DNA from: an uncultured Gemmatimonadales bacterium
Lineage (GTDB): Bacteria; Gemmatimonadota; Gemmatimonadetes; Gemmatimonadales; GWC2-71-9
DNA: 64,000 nucleotides
Reading direction: 5' to 3'
Assembly (NCBI GenBank): GCA_963695555.1
Contig: CAVOGR010000007.1
Coordinates: 704,001-768,000 of the forward strand
Below, one piece after another: positions 51,558 to 60,695 of this stretch. The notes beneath the pieces are model-generated. The model searched no databases. It saw nothing but the letters and a program-made list of their open reading frames with translations, and had not been told where the DNA came from. Made by a program: the position numbers and the translations under genes. The number at the start of each line of letters is the position of its first letter. The first letter of the stretch is position 1.

Positions 51558-52223
51558 TTACCGGCCGAAATGGGCTGCCTTCAGGGCGGCCAGAACGCTC
51601 CGCATTTGGCGGATGCGCCGAGAATGAGGATACCGATCAATCAGCCGGCGAAGCTCGGCCATGGCTCGACCGGGGTCGTGGAGACTGAATTCATGAATGT
51701 CCGCCAGGGCAAGACCGATGCGGATATCGTCGCCAGCCGAGATTCGGGTGCCTAGTTCCTCACGCAACCGGTTCAATTCGAGGACGGCCCCATCGGCGGT
51801 CCCGAGCGGGCCGGTCAAGAGGGCTGCCCGCCGGAGCGTCGCCGCTACTCGGTCGCGTCGCTCGCGCGCCCGCTCCCGATAGGCCTCGGCGGCCGCCTCG
51901 TACTGGCCGCGCGCAACCATGGTCTCGATCGCCGAGTACCCTCCACCGGCTCGCACCAGCCCGACGCTGCTAAAGGCCTCGGCCGCAAAATCGATCACGG
52001 GCTCGAGCACCCCGCTGATCAGGGCCGTGACGAAGCCGTATAAGGCCCACAACGCCCCAGCCAACAGCAGCGCGCGAGGGGCGACCCCGGTGACGGCAAG
52101 CAGCACTGCCACGGCGCTACCGGCCAGGAGCAGGGTCCCGACCACGACACGAAGGAGCCGCAGCGGGTCGTGGCCGACTTGGTACTGCTCGGCAGCCGTG
52201 CGCAGGAGTTTGGAGGTCCGCAA
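51558..52223 (-). CDS. Hypothetical membrane protein with TPR-like C-terminus
   Basis: Two TMs, then helical repeats (LALADIHEFSLHDPGRAMAELRRLIDRYP). Confidence 0.7.
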   Translation of the reverse strand: MRTSKLLRTAAEQYQVGHDPLRLLRVVVGTLLLAGSAVAVLLAVTGVAPRALLLAGALWALYGFVTALISGVLEPVIDFAAEAFSSVGLVRAGGGYSAIETMVARGQYEAAAEAYRERARERRDRVAATLRRAALLTGPLGTADGAVLELNRLREELGTRISAGDDIRIGLALADIHEFSLHDPGRAMAELRRLIDRYPHSRRIRQMRSVLAALKAAHFGR

Positions 52224-52259
52224 GCTGGCAAGTTAGGAACGCCGCGCCGGGGCGGCAAG

Positions 52260-52288
52260 TTGACACCTTGCAGGCAGGCGCCTTAAAT
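52260..52288 (+). promoter_or_regulatory. Sigma70-type promoter candidate
   Basis: Perfect TTGACA, 17-nt spacer, TTAAAT; 43 nt before GTG 52332. Confidence 0.55.
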
Positions 52289-52331
52289 CCCTCACGCCTG
52301 AGCGCCTCAACCACTGCCTGGAGAGCGTGCC

Positions 52332-53375
52332 GTGATCGAACCTGTGACCCGTCGTGCCTTTCTCGCCGTGACCGGCGGTGCGGTCGGCGCCGCGACTATT
52401 CACCCGTCTTTGCGAGGCGGCCTCGCAGCCCCGGCGATACACCTGCGCGGAGCCGCCCGGCCCGTTGCGATCAGCTCCGCTAACAGCCTCGCACCGGTGT
52501 CGCGGGCTCTCGCACTGATGCTCGAAGGATCGGATACCCTGGATGCGGCGGTCGAGGGGGCGAAGATCCAGGAACTCGATCCGGAGGACGCCTCGGTCGG
52601 GTATGGCGGCCTCCCAAACGAGCAGGGCGTGGTGCAGCTGGATGCATCATGCATCCACGGACCGACCCGGCGAGCTGGTGCCGTCGGTGCGCTCGAAGGC
52701 ATCAAAACGCCAAGCGAGGTTGCCAAATTGGTCCTCAAGTACACCGACCACATCATGCTGGTCGGCGAAGGGGCCAAGCGGTTCGCGCTGTCGTACGGAT
52801 TCAAAGAGGAAGATCTTCTGACTCCGCGCTCGCGCGAGCGCTGGCTCCGCTGGCGTGCCAACCGGGGAAAGGATGACGACTGGCTCGATGTGCCGGACGA
52901 CGAGCACATGGTGCGGCCCACGGGCACGATCAATCTCAACGTCATCAATGCGGCAGGCGACATTTCTTCGGTCACCACCACCAGCGGTTTGTCCTGGAAG
53001 ATTCCCGGCCGGGTCGGCGACTCGCCCATCATCGGCGCCGGCCAGTACACCGACAACGATGTCGGCGCGGCCGGCTCCACCGGCCGGGGGGAATCGAACA
53101 TCATGGTGTGCGGGGCATTCCTCACGGTGGAGCACATGCGGCGCGGCATGACGCCGGCCGATGCCTGCCTCGAAACCCTGCGCCGCGTGATTGCCATGAC
53201 CCCGGCACGCCTGATCCGTCCGGATGGGCGGCCTGCCTTCGATCTCAAATTTTACGCGGTCAATAAGCTGGGCGACTTCGGCGCAGGCTCCCTGTACCCC
53301 GGCCGGTTCGCCGTTCATGATGGACGCGAGGCAACCTTTCGAGATGCGGCCCATCTCTACGAGCGAGCCGGCTAG
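52332..53375 (+). CDS. Tat-exported N4-(beta-N-acetylglucosaminyl)-L-asparaginase (Ntn hydrolase)
   Basis: TRRAFL Tat signal; SVGYGGLPN, LDASCI, GT nucleophile, TTSGL, GRVGDSPIIGAG, TGRGE. Confidence 0.9.
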   Translation: MIEPVTRRAFLAVTGGAVGAATIHPSLRGGLAAPAIHLRGAARPVAISSANSLAPVSRALALMLEGSDTLDAAVEGAKIQELDPEDASVGYGGLPNEQGVVQLDASCIHGPTRRAGAVGALEGIKTPSEVAKLVLKYTDHIMLVGEGAKRFALSYGFKEEDLLTPRSRERWLRWRANRGKDDDWLDVPDDEHMVRPTGTINLNVINAAGDISSVTTTSGLSWKIPGRVGDSPIIGAGQYTDNDVGAAGSTGRGESNIMVCGAFLTVEHMRRGMTPADACLETLRRVIAMTPARLIRPDGRPAFDLKFYAVNKLGDFGAGSLYPGRFAVHDGREATFRDAAHLYERAG

Positions 53376-54493
53376 TGCGCCGTTCGATTCTCCTTGCCGC
53401 GCTCGTCCTCCTGGGGGTCGGTGCACCCCTCCGAGGCCAGAGCTGGGGGGCCAGCTATTTCCCGTACGTCACGAGCCGCTCGAGCGAGTTCCCGGTCTTC
53501 GCATTCCGGTATCTCTATGCGAAACCAGCTGAATGGGACGCTCCCTACGTCGCCGCCGGCGATGTCCGAGCGGACGTGGGCGTGGGCGTGCGCGGGGGTT
53601 GGCTGGCAGGGGTGCGGTTCCGAGCACCGGGGCTTTGGGACGGATGGCGTCTGCAGGCCGAGGTCTCGGCCGCCCGCGCACCCCGCCAACACTACTTCGG
53701 ACTCGGCAACGCGACGGTGGTCGATGACCAACTCGCAAATAGCGAGGAATTCTTCTACCGCGTCAAGCGTGCACGCTACCGGGCCAACGTTGAGGTCACT
53801 CGCCGGCTCGCCGGCCGGTTGCATCTTGCCGTCAGCCCGTCTCTCTCGTTTGTCAGGTATTCCGCGCACCCGGGAGCCTCGGTATTCACCAACGACTTCG
53901 GCCCGAAGCTCGAAGACACCGACGCCACGCTGCGCACCAGCTTGATCTACGATAGCCGAGACACCGACTACAACACCCACCATGGGGTACTGCTCGAAGT
54001 GGGCGGAGCGGTCGGCAGCGGGGGTGATGGCTACACGCGCCTCTATACGAACTTGCGGGGCTGGCTCACACTCCGTGAGGGCACGGTCGTGGCCGGGCGC
54101 GTGGTTGCGGCTGGCATGGGCGGCACCCCACCGCTCGACGCCCGCTTCAACCTGGAAATGTGGGAGAAGCAGGTTGGGGCCTACGGCGGTGATCAATCCA
54201 ACCGTGGGACGTCCGACGGCCGCTATCTCGGCACGGACGCCCTATTTGTCAACGCGGAGGTACGCCACGACCTGCTCAACCTGGGTAACTATGGGGCCGT
54301 GAGCCTGCTTGCCTATTTCGACGCGGGCCGGGTGTTCGAGCGCGAGTCGTTCCGCCTCACAACTGAGGACTTCCACGTGGGCGTCGGCGGTGGCCTCGCC
54401 GTTCGTATCCTCCGGTCGAACATCGTCACTTTCAACTTCGGTGATGGCCCGGAGGGGTTCGAGTTCGAGTTCGGCAGCGGATGGATGTTCTAG
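53375..54493 (+). CDS. Omp85/BamA-TamA-like beta-barrel outer membrane protein without POTRA domains
   Basis: Signal peptide; YDSRD, NRG, YFDAGRVF, GVGGGL; terminal Phe (GWMF). Confidence 0.8.
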   Translation: MRRSILLAALVLLGVGAPLRGQSWGASYFPYVTSRSSEFPVFAFRYLYAKPAEWDAPYVAAGDVRADVGVGVRGGWLAGVRFRAPGLWDGWRLQAEVSAARAPRQHYFGLGNATVVDDQLANSEEFFYRVKRARYRANVEVTRRLAGRLHLAVSPSLSFVRYSAHPGASVFTNDFGPKLEDTDATLRTSLIYDSRDTDYNTHHGVLLEVGGAVGSGGDGYTRLYTNLRGWLTLREGTVVAGRVVAAGMGGTPPLDARFNLEMWEKQVGAYGGDQSNRGTSDGRYLGTDALFVNAEVRHDLLNLGNYGAVSLLAYFDAGRVFERESFRLTTEDFHVGVGGGLAVRILRSNIVTFNFGDGPEGFEFEFGSGWMF

Positions 54494-55047
54494 CCTGCCG
54501 AGCGTCGCTCCGGCTGGGCTGACACGGGTAGCTGGGCTGCTTCCAACACCTCCCTGAGAATCGTCCGCCCACGGTCTTTCGCGTACCACCGCCGTACCAG
54601 CGGATACAACTCCCCCTTCGGTACGACCGACCGCCGCTCCAACACAAAGCGTTGGAGCTCGCGCGGCCGCGGGCCCCAATGCCCGAGCTCCTCGAAGTCG
54701 GGGCCCAACGCGATGACGATGGGAATCGACCGCGACCCTTCCGTCAGATACGCATCCATGACCGCGGGGTGTTCGTCCCGGCGGAGGATCTTGAGGTCGA
54801 GACCCGCGGTCTGATGGACCCACTTGGCGATGACGGGCACGGCGTTGGATGCGTCGCCGCACCAGTCCTCGGCGATGGCCAGGAACCTCCGCGTGGTCCC
54901 TGCTGGAACGGCCTCGCTGGCCCACTGGGGGATCTCCGCCACCCGGTAGACGCCACTCCATAAGCCGTGGTGCTGCGCCGCCCCGGCGACGAAGTCTTCA
55001 TACGAGAGCGCTGCGTCCCAGAGCGCTCTGAAATCGAGTTCAGTCAT
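54490..55047 (-). CDS. Thioredoxin-family protein (Thioredoxin_9-like)
   Basis: AEDWCGDA, RDEH, RSIP, WGPRP. Confidence 0.85.
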   Translation of the reverse strand: MTELDFRALWDAALSYEDFVAGAAQHHGLWSGVYRVAEIPQWASEAVPAGTTRRFLAIAEDWCGDASNAVPVIAKWVHQTAGLDLKILRRDEHPAVMDAYLTEGSRSIPIVIALGPDFEELGHWGPRPRELQRFVLERRSVVPKGELYPLVRRWYAKDRGRTILREVLEAAQLPVSAQPERRSAG

Positions 55048-55074
55048 GATGAATAAAGAACACCAATCGACCCG

Positions 55075-56217
55075 TTAGAGTTCCTGAAGGGCGATGCCGC
55101 GTCCCGCAAGCTCCGCGACGTATCCGTCGAACGGCACTGCGTCGTCCGGCATGCGAACCCCCCGGGCCGTGATCCGGCCGTCGACCTGCATTTGGCCCGT
55201 GATCGAGAGCGAATATCCCGTCGTCCGCATCATCGCGCTAATACCGCGTTCGGCATCGTAGTAGTCGACGAGCCGCCACCGGAATGTGCACGGCGCGCCG
55301 TTTTTGATCCCGGCCACCTCCACCCGGAGGGCCACGAGATCTCGTCCTTCAGGTTTCCGAAGCTTGGGGCCCACGGCCGCGACGAACACATCTCGCGGCA
55401 CGACCCGCTGGCCCTTGACCTCGATGGGTTCGAGAGCGAGTAGCCCCAGCTCCCGAATCGGCCTCATGACGGCCATATGCCCGGGGTACCGCAGGGTCTT
55501 GTACTCCATAGTGTCGATCTTGCCCTCGTACTGCCACGGCATAGTGCTGATGCCCCCGGCCGTATGAAATGCCTCGAGCCTATGGATCGGTGCCGGGAAT
55601 TCCAAGTGCTCCAGCTCACTCAAGGAATCCACCTGCACCCGCCGTCCCTCGCGCAAGACGAAGGACGGGGTGGTGTAGTAGTCGAGCGCACCCTCGAGCG
55701 AATAGACGATTTGATAGTTCAGCGGAGGCTCGGGATGCTGGGGCAATCCCCCAACGTAGATCTTCACGCTTTGCGCCTTGGTAAGACGCCGGATTCCCTC
55801 GGCGGCCACGATATTGATCATGCCCGGCGCGAGCCCGCAGTCGGGAATCAGCGAGAGGTTCTTGTCGCGCGCCGCCGCATCGAGTTGCTGCTGCTCGAAC
55901 ACGATCTCGGTATTGCCACCAAGATCTGCGAAGTGACACCCTGCCTCGACAGCGAGCTTCGCCATGGTGCCGTTGAAGTAATACGGCAACGCGCACATGA
56001 CGCTGTCGTGACGTTCCATCAGGCTCAGCACGGCGGCGTGATCGGTCACATCCAAGGGCACCGGGCGCAGTCGCGGGTCGGCACGGCTCGCGAGGAAGCT
56101 CCGAATTCGATCGGGTTTCAAGTCGGCTAGGGTCACCACTCGCACGGCGGGATTGTTCAGCAGGTCGTAGGCGCAGGCCGATCCCTGCAGGCCAGCCCCA
56201 AGCACCAGCATATTCAT
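55075..56217 (-). CDS. Saccharopine/lysine 6-dehydrogenase family protein
   Basis: VLGAGLQG, ALPY, ADLGG, DCGLAPG, VGGLP, YKTLRYPGH, AMMRTTG. Confidence 0.9.
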   Translation of the reverse strand: MNMLVLGAGLQGSACAYDLLNNPAVRVVTLADLKPDRIRSFLASRADPRLRPVPLDVTDHAAVLSLMERHDSVMCALPYYFNGTMAKLAVEAGCHFADLGGNTEIVFEQQQLDAAARDKNLSLIPDCGLAPGMINIVAAEGIRRLTKAQSVKIYVGGLPQHPEPPLNYQIVYSLEGALDYYTTPSFVLREGRRVQVDSLSELEHLEFPAPIHRLEAFHTAGGISTMPWQYEGKIDTMEYKTLRYPGHMAVMRPIRELGLLALEPIEVKGQRVVPRDVFVAAVGPKLRKPEGRDLVALRVEVAGIKNGAPCTFRWRLVDYYDAERGISAMMRTTGYSLSITGQMQVDGRITARGVRMPDDAVPFDGYVAELAGRGIALQEL

Positions 56218-56281
56218 AACGAAGCCTTATGGTCGAAGTAAAAAGCCACCGAATGTACCGAGACCCGCTCCACGCTTCAAC

Positions 56282-57082
56282 TCACTTGCCGGCGATACGC
56301 CCCGGCCCGCCGCTGAAATAGGTCGGCATCCTGGGATGACGCGGTGCAGATGTGAGCACGACTCGACGGACGCTGCCCGGTCCCAAGGGACGAACTTCGA
56401 GGTCACCCTGTCTGACATAGCCGATCGAATCCGAGCCCCACCGCACGGGGTCGTGTCCACCGGTTACCAGCAGCGTCTCCGTGCCTGCGGGCGGATACAC
56501 GCAGAGGGCGGACTCGGTGCCCTTCCACGAACACGCGCGCACTTCCGCAAAGGCCGGTGACCCGACGTAGACTCGGAATGCCGAGTCTGCATCCGCCCGG
56601 GATGACGGCGGAACGGCGACTGCAGCCGCCCTCGCTGGAGGCGGTTCCAGGAGGTACACGCCGACATTGGTGGCCACATAGAGCGACGCGCCGTCGAGGC
56701 TCCACCCGATGTGGTGAATCAACTCGTTGGTGGACGCGCGAAAGAGCGTGCGCTCGGCGCCGTTCAGGAGGTTCAACACGACGATCCGGTAATCAGCCGA
56801 GTCGGCCGCCTGACGGCTTCGGAGAAACGCGACCGTGGTGCCGTCAGGGGCCAGCAGCGGCATCGTCTCGTGCAGGCGGGTAAAGGTGACCGGATGGACT
56901 GCTCCGCCGGCCGCAGCAACGGCAAAGAGGTCTCCTGCGCCCTCCTCGCCGTCGCCGACGAAGATGACAAAGGGTTCGGCGCCAACCGCGATGCGATTCT
57001 GGAGCGGCGAGAACGAGACGCGGCAGCCGAGCGTTCCGAAGCTCAGGATGGCGATCAGCCCAGCGACACGGCGATTGCGAAT
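56282..57082 (-). CDS. Putative lipoprotein with TolB/PD40-like repeats; start codon not canonical
   Basis: The frame of ORF 56282..56863 stays open upstream through IRNRRVAGLIAILSFGTLGC (lipobox); APDGTTVAF and WSLDGASLY resemble PD40 repeats. Confidence 0.68.
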   Translation of the reverse strand: MRNRRVAGLIAILSFGTLGCRVSFSPLQNRIAVGAEPFVIFVGDGEEGAGDLFAVAAAGGAVHPVTFTRLHETMPLLAPDGTTVAFLRSRQAADSADYRIVVLNLLNGAERTLFRASTNELIHHIGWSLDGASLYVATNVGVYLLEPPPARAAAVAVPPSSRADADSAFRVYVGSPAFAEVRACSWKGTESALCVYPPAGTETLLVTGGHDPVRWGSDSIGYVRQGDLEVRPLGPGSVRRVVLTSAPRHPRMPTYFSGGPGRIAGK

Positions 57083-57124
57083 CCACCGACCCGCGGGAGT
57101 TGTGTTCTCCGTCAGCGGAAGCGC

Positions 57125-58222
57125 TCAGTCTCGAGCGGGGTTGGCATACACCCCGTCGAGCGCGGTCGAGGGACTGGGCAGCTCGGCCCGGCTGGCCAAC
57201 GCCCGCTCCACTGCCAGATCGACCTCTCGGGTCACGGCATCCTCCACGACCTGCAACCGGGAATCGGGCACACCGGAACGTGTCAGGTACTCCTCGTAGA
57301 GGCCTATGGGGTCGCGCTTCCCCCAATATGCAAACAAATCGGGAGGAAACGTCTCCCGCGCCTCACGCTCGTCGTGCGTCGCGTGGCCCCCCATTCGAAA
57401 GGTCTCGGCCTGCAGCAGCACAGGGCCGCCGCCCCTCCGGCACTGATCGACGGCCAGCTGGGTCGCGGCGTACGCGTCGAGAACGTTGTTGCCATCGAAC
57501 CCCCAGCCCGCCATGCCGTAGGCGGTGGGCCACTCCGTGAAGTCACGTGCCACGTGGTGTTGGTTCAACCTTGTGCCGAGGGCCACCTGATTGTTCTGGA
57601 TGATGAACACGACCGGGAGTTTGGCGACGGCGGCGAAATTCAGGCCTTCATGGACCACGCCGGCCTTGGTGGTGCCGTCACCAATCCAGTTGAGCACCAC
57701 AGCCTTCGCGTGCCGCATTCGGTTGGCCAAGGCCACGCCGGCGGCGACCGGCACCATTGTCCCAACCGGCGAAACGGGTTGCAGCACGTGGTGTTCCACG
57801 GACCCGACGTGGAGATCGCGTCCTCCCGACGGGGAATCCGCGCTCGCCAGGTAGGCCCGCAGCATGCAGTCGAGGGGCATACCCATGTCGCAACAGGCCG
57901 CGGCGTTCCGAATCATCGGCACCGCGTAATCCATCCCGGGCGTGAGGGCAAAGACGGGGCCGACGGTGGACGCTTCCTCGCCGGTGCCGAGCCAGGCTTT
58001 GGAGATCACGCCCTGGCGCACCCAGCGTGAGAGTGCAATGTCCTGGAGCCGAGCCCTGACCAGGCGCCGGTAGAGCTCGAGGAGGTCGTCCCGGTCGAGT
58101 TCGGCAATCAGCCGCTGCCGGTCCGGGTCTTGGGCGACAGTCGCTTCGAAGGCGTCGACCAGATCGGGATCGGCTATCCAGCCCACGTACTCCGGAGGCT
58201 CGAAGGCGGAGTAGCGTTTCAC
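57125..58222 (-). CDS. TPP-dependent 2-oxoacid dehydrogenase E1 alpha subunit
   Basis: GEEA, GDG...HEGLNFAAVAKLPVVFIIQNN (TPP motif), DGNNV, RMGGHATHD, RDPI. Confidence 0.92.
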   Translation of the reverse strand: MKRYSAFEPPEYVGWIADPDLVDAFEATVAQDPDRQRLIAELDRDDLLELYRRLVRARLQDIALSRWVRQGVISKAWLGTGEEASTVGPVFALTPGMDYAVPMIRNAAACCDMGMPLDCMLRAYLASADSPSGGRDLHVGSVEHHVLQPVSPVGTMVPVAAGVALANRMRHAKAVVLNWIGDGTTKAGVVHEGLNFAAVAKLPVVFIIQNNQVALGTRLNQHHVARDFTEWPTAYGMAGWGFDGNNVLDAYAATQLAVDQCRRGGGPVLLQAETFRMGGHATHDEREARETFPPDLFAYWGKRDPIGLYEEYLTRSGVPDSRLQVVEDAVTREVDLAVERALASRAELPSPSTALDGVYANPARD

Positions 58223-59262
58223 GAACTCGGACTCGGCACCGCGCCGCTCCCCTCGAGGGCCGTGAGAAAGGCGGCCATGCTGGGATAGCGATCGGTGGGA
58301 TCCGTGGCCAGGGTCGTGCGAATGACCGCCTCGAGGGCGGGTGGGAACGCTGGCTTGATCGACCGGATGCCGCGGGGAGCCTTGGTGAGACGCGCGATCA
58401 TCTGGTCCTGGGGTGTGCGGCCCTGGAAAGGCAACTCGCCGGTGAAGAGTTCGAAGGCGAGCACGCCGAGTGCAAAGAGATCGCTTCTCTCATCGAGCGC
58501 TTCGCCACGCACTTGCTCGGGGCTCATGAATTCAGGCGTCCCAAGTACGATCCCCGTCGCGGTGAGTTTTTGCAGCTCGGCCGTGGCAGCCATGTGCTTC
58601 GCCAGGCCGAAGTCCATGACCACGCCGCGTTCCCCCGCGGGCCGCTCCGGCGCCGCCACCAGCATGACATTTTCGGGCTTGAGATCTCGGTGGAGGATGT
58701 GCACCCGATGGGCGTGTGCCAGGCCATGAGCGACATCGACGAGCAACGGCACGCCGGTCGAGAGATCGAATGCCCCTCGGGTATCGAGGGCCTCGGCCAG
58801 GCTTTGACCTTTGAGGAACGGCATGACAAGGAAGAGAAAGCCTTCCACCGTCTCGCCGACAAACAGAATAGGGCAGACGTTGGGGTGATCGAGCTGCATG
58901 GCGAGCTGCGCTTCGCGACGTAGCCGCTCGACGGCTTTCTCGTCGTCTGCCAACTGGGGAGCCAGCACCTTGAGTGCGCACACGGCACCGGTGTCGCGCT
59001 CCCGAGCCTGGTACACGATGGCCATCCCGCCTTCGCCGACTCGCTGGACGACTTCGAACCGATCAACCAGCACCTGTCCCATGAGCGTTCGTGCCTGGCT
59101 CGCCCGCGTCGCAGCCGCGGCTTGCGCTCCGCCTGCGGGGCGCGGTGTGCCACGGGCGGCGGCGCTTCGTCCGGCGGGCATCTCGACCAGCGGCGAGCCG
59201 TCGCGCGGGCAAAACCGTGCTGGCGGTGAGTACGTTGTCTGACAACGAGGGCAGCGTCGCAC
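58219..59262 (-). CDS. Hanks-type Ser/Thr protein kinase with N-terminal zinc ribbon
   Basis: CPRC...FCPRDG; GEGGMAIVY, ALK, HRDLKPEN, DFG, GTPEFMSPEQ; no TM. Confidence 0.94.
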   Translation of the reverse strand: MRRCPRCQTTYSPPARFCPRDGSPLVEMPAGRSAAARGTPRPAGGAQAAAATRASQARTLMGQVLVDRFEVVQRVGEGGMAIVYQARERDTGAVCALKVLAPQLADDEKAVERLRREAQLAMQLDHPNVCPILFVGETVEGFLFLVMPFLKGQSLAEALDTRGAFDLSTGVPLLVDVAHGLAHAHRVHILHRDLKPENVMLVAAPERPAGERGVVMDFGLAKHMAATAELQKLTATGIVLGTPEFMSPEQVRGEALDERSDLFALGVLAFELFTGELPFQGRTPQDQMIARLTKAPRGIRSIKPAFPPALEAVIRTTLATDPTDRYPSMAAFLTALEGSGAVPSPSS

Positions 59263-59264
59263 GC

Positions 59265-60695
59265 CTAGTCCCGATAGCAGTTGCGGCCTTCGCGCTTGGC
59301 CCGATACAGATTCTGATCTGCAAGGTGCAGAAACGATGCCTCATCCGGAGCGCTGGCGTTGGGAAAGGTCGCTCCACCGATGCTTACGGTCAGGCGAATT
59401 GGAGAGGCTCCATCCCCGAACGTGCGGCCGCCCACATCACGGAGGATGCGTTCGGCAAAGATCCGGGCTCCGGTGGCCCCGGTTTCAGGAAGCAGGACGA
59501 CGAACTCTTCTCCACCGTAGCGGGCGACGAGGTCCATGGCCCGTTGTTCGCGCTGCAGCATGGACGCGAACTGTCGGAGGACCCGGTCCCCGACCGCATG
59601 GCCATACGTGTCGTTCACTTCCTTGAAGTTGTCGATGTCGATCATCAAGCACGCAAGTATGGTGCTGAAGCGATTGGCTCGATCCATCTCCACCGCGAGC
59701 CGGTCCGTGAGCGCTCGGCGATTGTAGGTTTCGGTTAGCGGGTCCAGTTCCGCGAGCCGCTGCATCTCTTCCCTGCTGGCAACCGCCGCCTCGACGTCGT
59801 GCGCCTTCTCCAGAGCGGACACCGCGGCCGTGATGACCTGTTGCGCGAATCGCGCGTCGGCTTCGTTGAGGGGAGGATCCTGCGCCGTGGTGCGAAGGAA
59901 GAAGACCCCGGCCAATTGTTCTCGCAACGAGAAGGGGATCGAGACGACCGATTTCGTCGGGACGATCATGCCGTCGGCCTCCCACTCGGCACGGATGCCC
60001 TGATAGAGCGGATCGGTCGTGACATCCTGCACCAGGACCATGGTTTGGCGATCGAGGGTTTCCAGAATCTCGGGGTAGCGTTTGAGATCGACCTCGAGGC
60101 TCCGCAGGTTCGGGTTTTCATAGGCCGCCGCGACCGTGCCGGTGGAGTCCGACGTGCCCGCCAGGATAATGGAGCATTTTGAGATGTTGAGCCCACGGGC
60201 CACCCGCCGGACCAGGATCTGGTAGATCTCCGCGGAACTGATGCTCATGGTGACTTCCCGCATGATATCCATCATCGCTTCGCGGGATCGCGCCTCGGCG
60301 CGGGCCTGGTCCAATTCCCGACTGGAACGCAGGTGTGCTTTCACCCGCGCCAAGAGCTCCCGAATCCGAATCGGCTTGGGGATGAAATCGGCGGCGCCCA
60401 GTCCGAGCGTGGTGATCGTGGCCTCCTCCGGAGGCATGGAGGAGATCATGAGCACCGGCAAGTACTTGAGCTGCGGGTGCGTTTTGATGCCCTCCAACAG
60501 ACTGAGCCCGTCGCTCTCCGGCATGAGGATATCCAGCAACAGCAGGTCGTAGTGGCCAGCAAGAAGCCGCTCGATCAAGTGCAGGCCGCTCGAGATGGTC
60601 TCGACCTCATAGCCGCTGTCCTTCAGAACCCAAGAGAGCGTTCGGTTCAGCGTCTCATCGTCGTCGGCGATGAGGATCTTCGGGGCCAGAGTCAT
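59265..60695 (-). CDS. Diguanylate cyclase, REC-GAF-GGDEF
   Basis: ILIADDD, LLDILMP, DFIPKP; GAF-like middle region; DPLT, DIDNFK, RAMD I-site, GGEEF. Confidence 0.93.
   Translation of the reverse strand: MTLAPKILIADDDETLNRTLSWVLKDSGYEVETISSGLHLIERLLAGHYDLLLLDILMPESDGLSLLEGIKTHPQLKYLPVLMISSMPPEEATITTLGLGAADFIPKPIRIRELLARVKAHLRSSRELDQARAEARSREAMMDIMREVTMSISSAEIYQILVRRVARGLNISKCSIILAGTSDSTGTVAAAYENPNLRSLEVDLKRYPEILETLDRQTMVLVQDVTTDPLYQGIRAEWEADGMIVPTKSVVSIPFSLREQLAGVFFLRTTAQDPPLNEADARFAQQVITAAVSALEKAHDVEAAVASREEMQRLAELDPLTETYNRRALTDRLAVEMDRANRFSTILACLMIDIDNFKEVNDTYGHAVGDRVLRQFASMLQREQRAMDLVARYGGEEFVVLLPETGATGARIFAERILRDVGGRTFGDGASPIRLTVSIGGATFPNASAPDEASFLHLADQNLYRAKREGRNCYRD

Noticed and set aside
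57100..57127. In-frame TGA between E1 alpha and the next open frame (read-through or selenocysteine?)
   Set aside because: E1 alpha is complete at the TGA, no convincing SECIS is visible, and fusion to a lipoprotein signal makes no sense.
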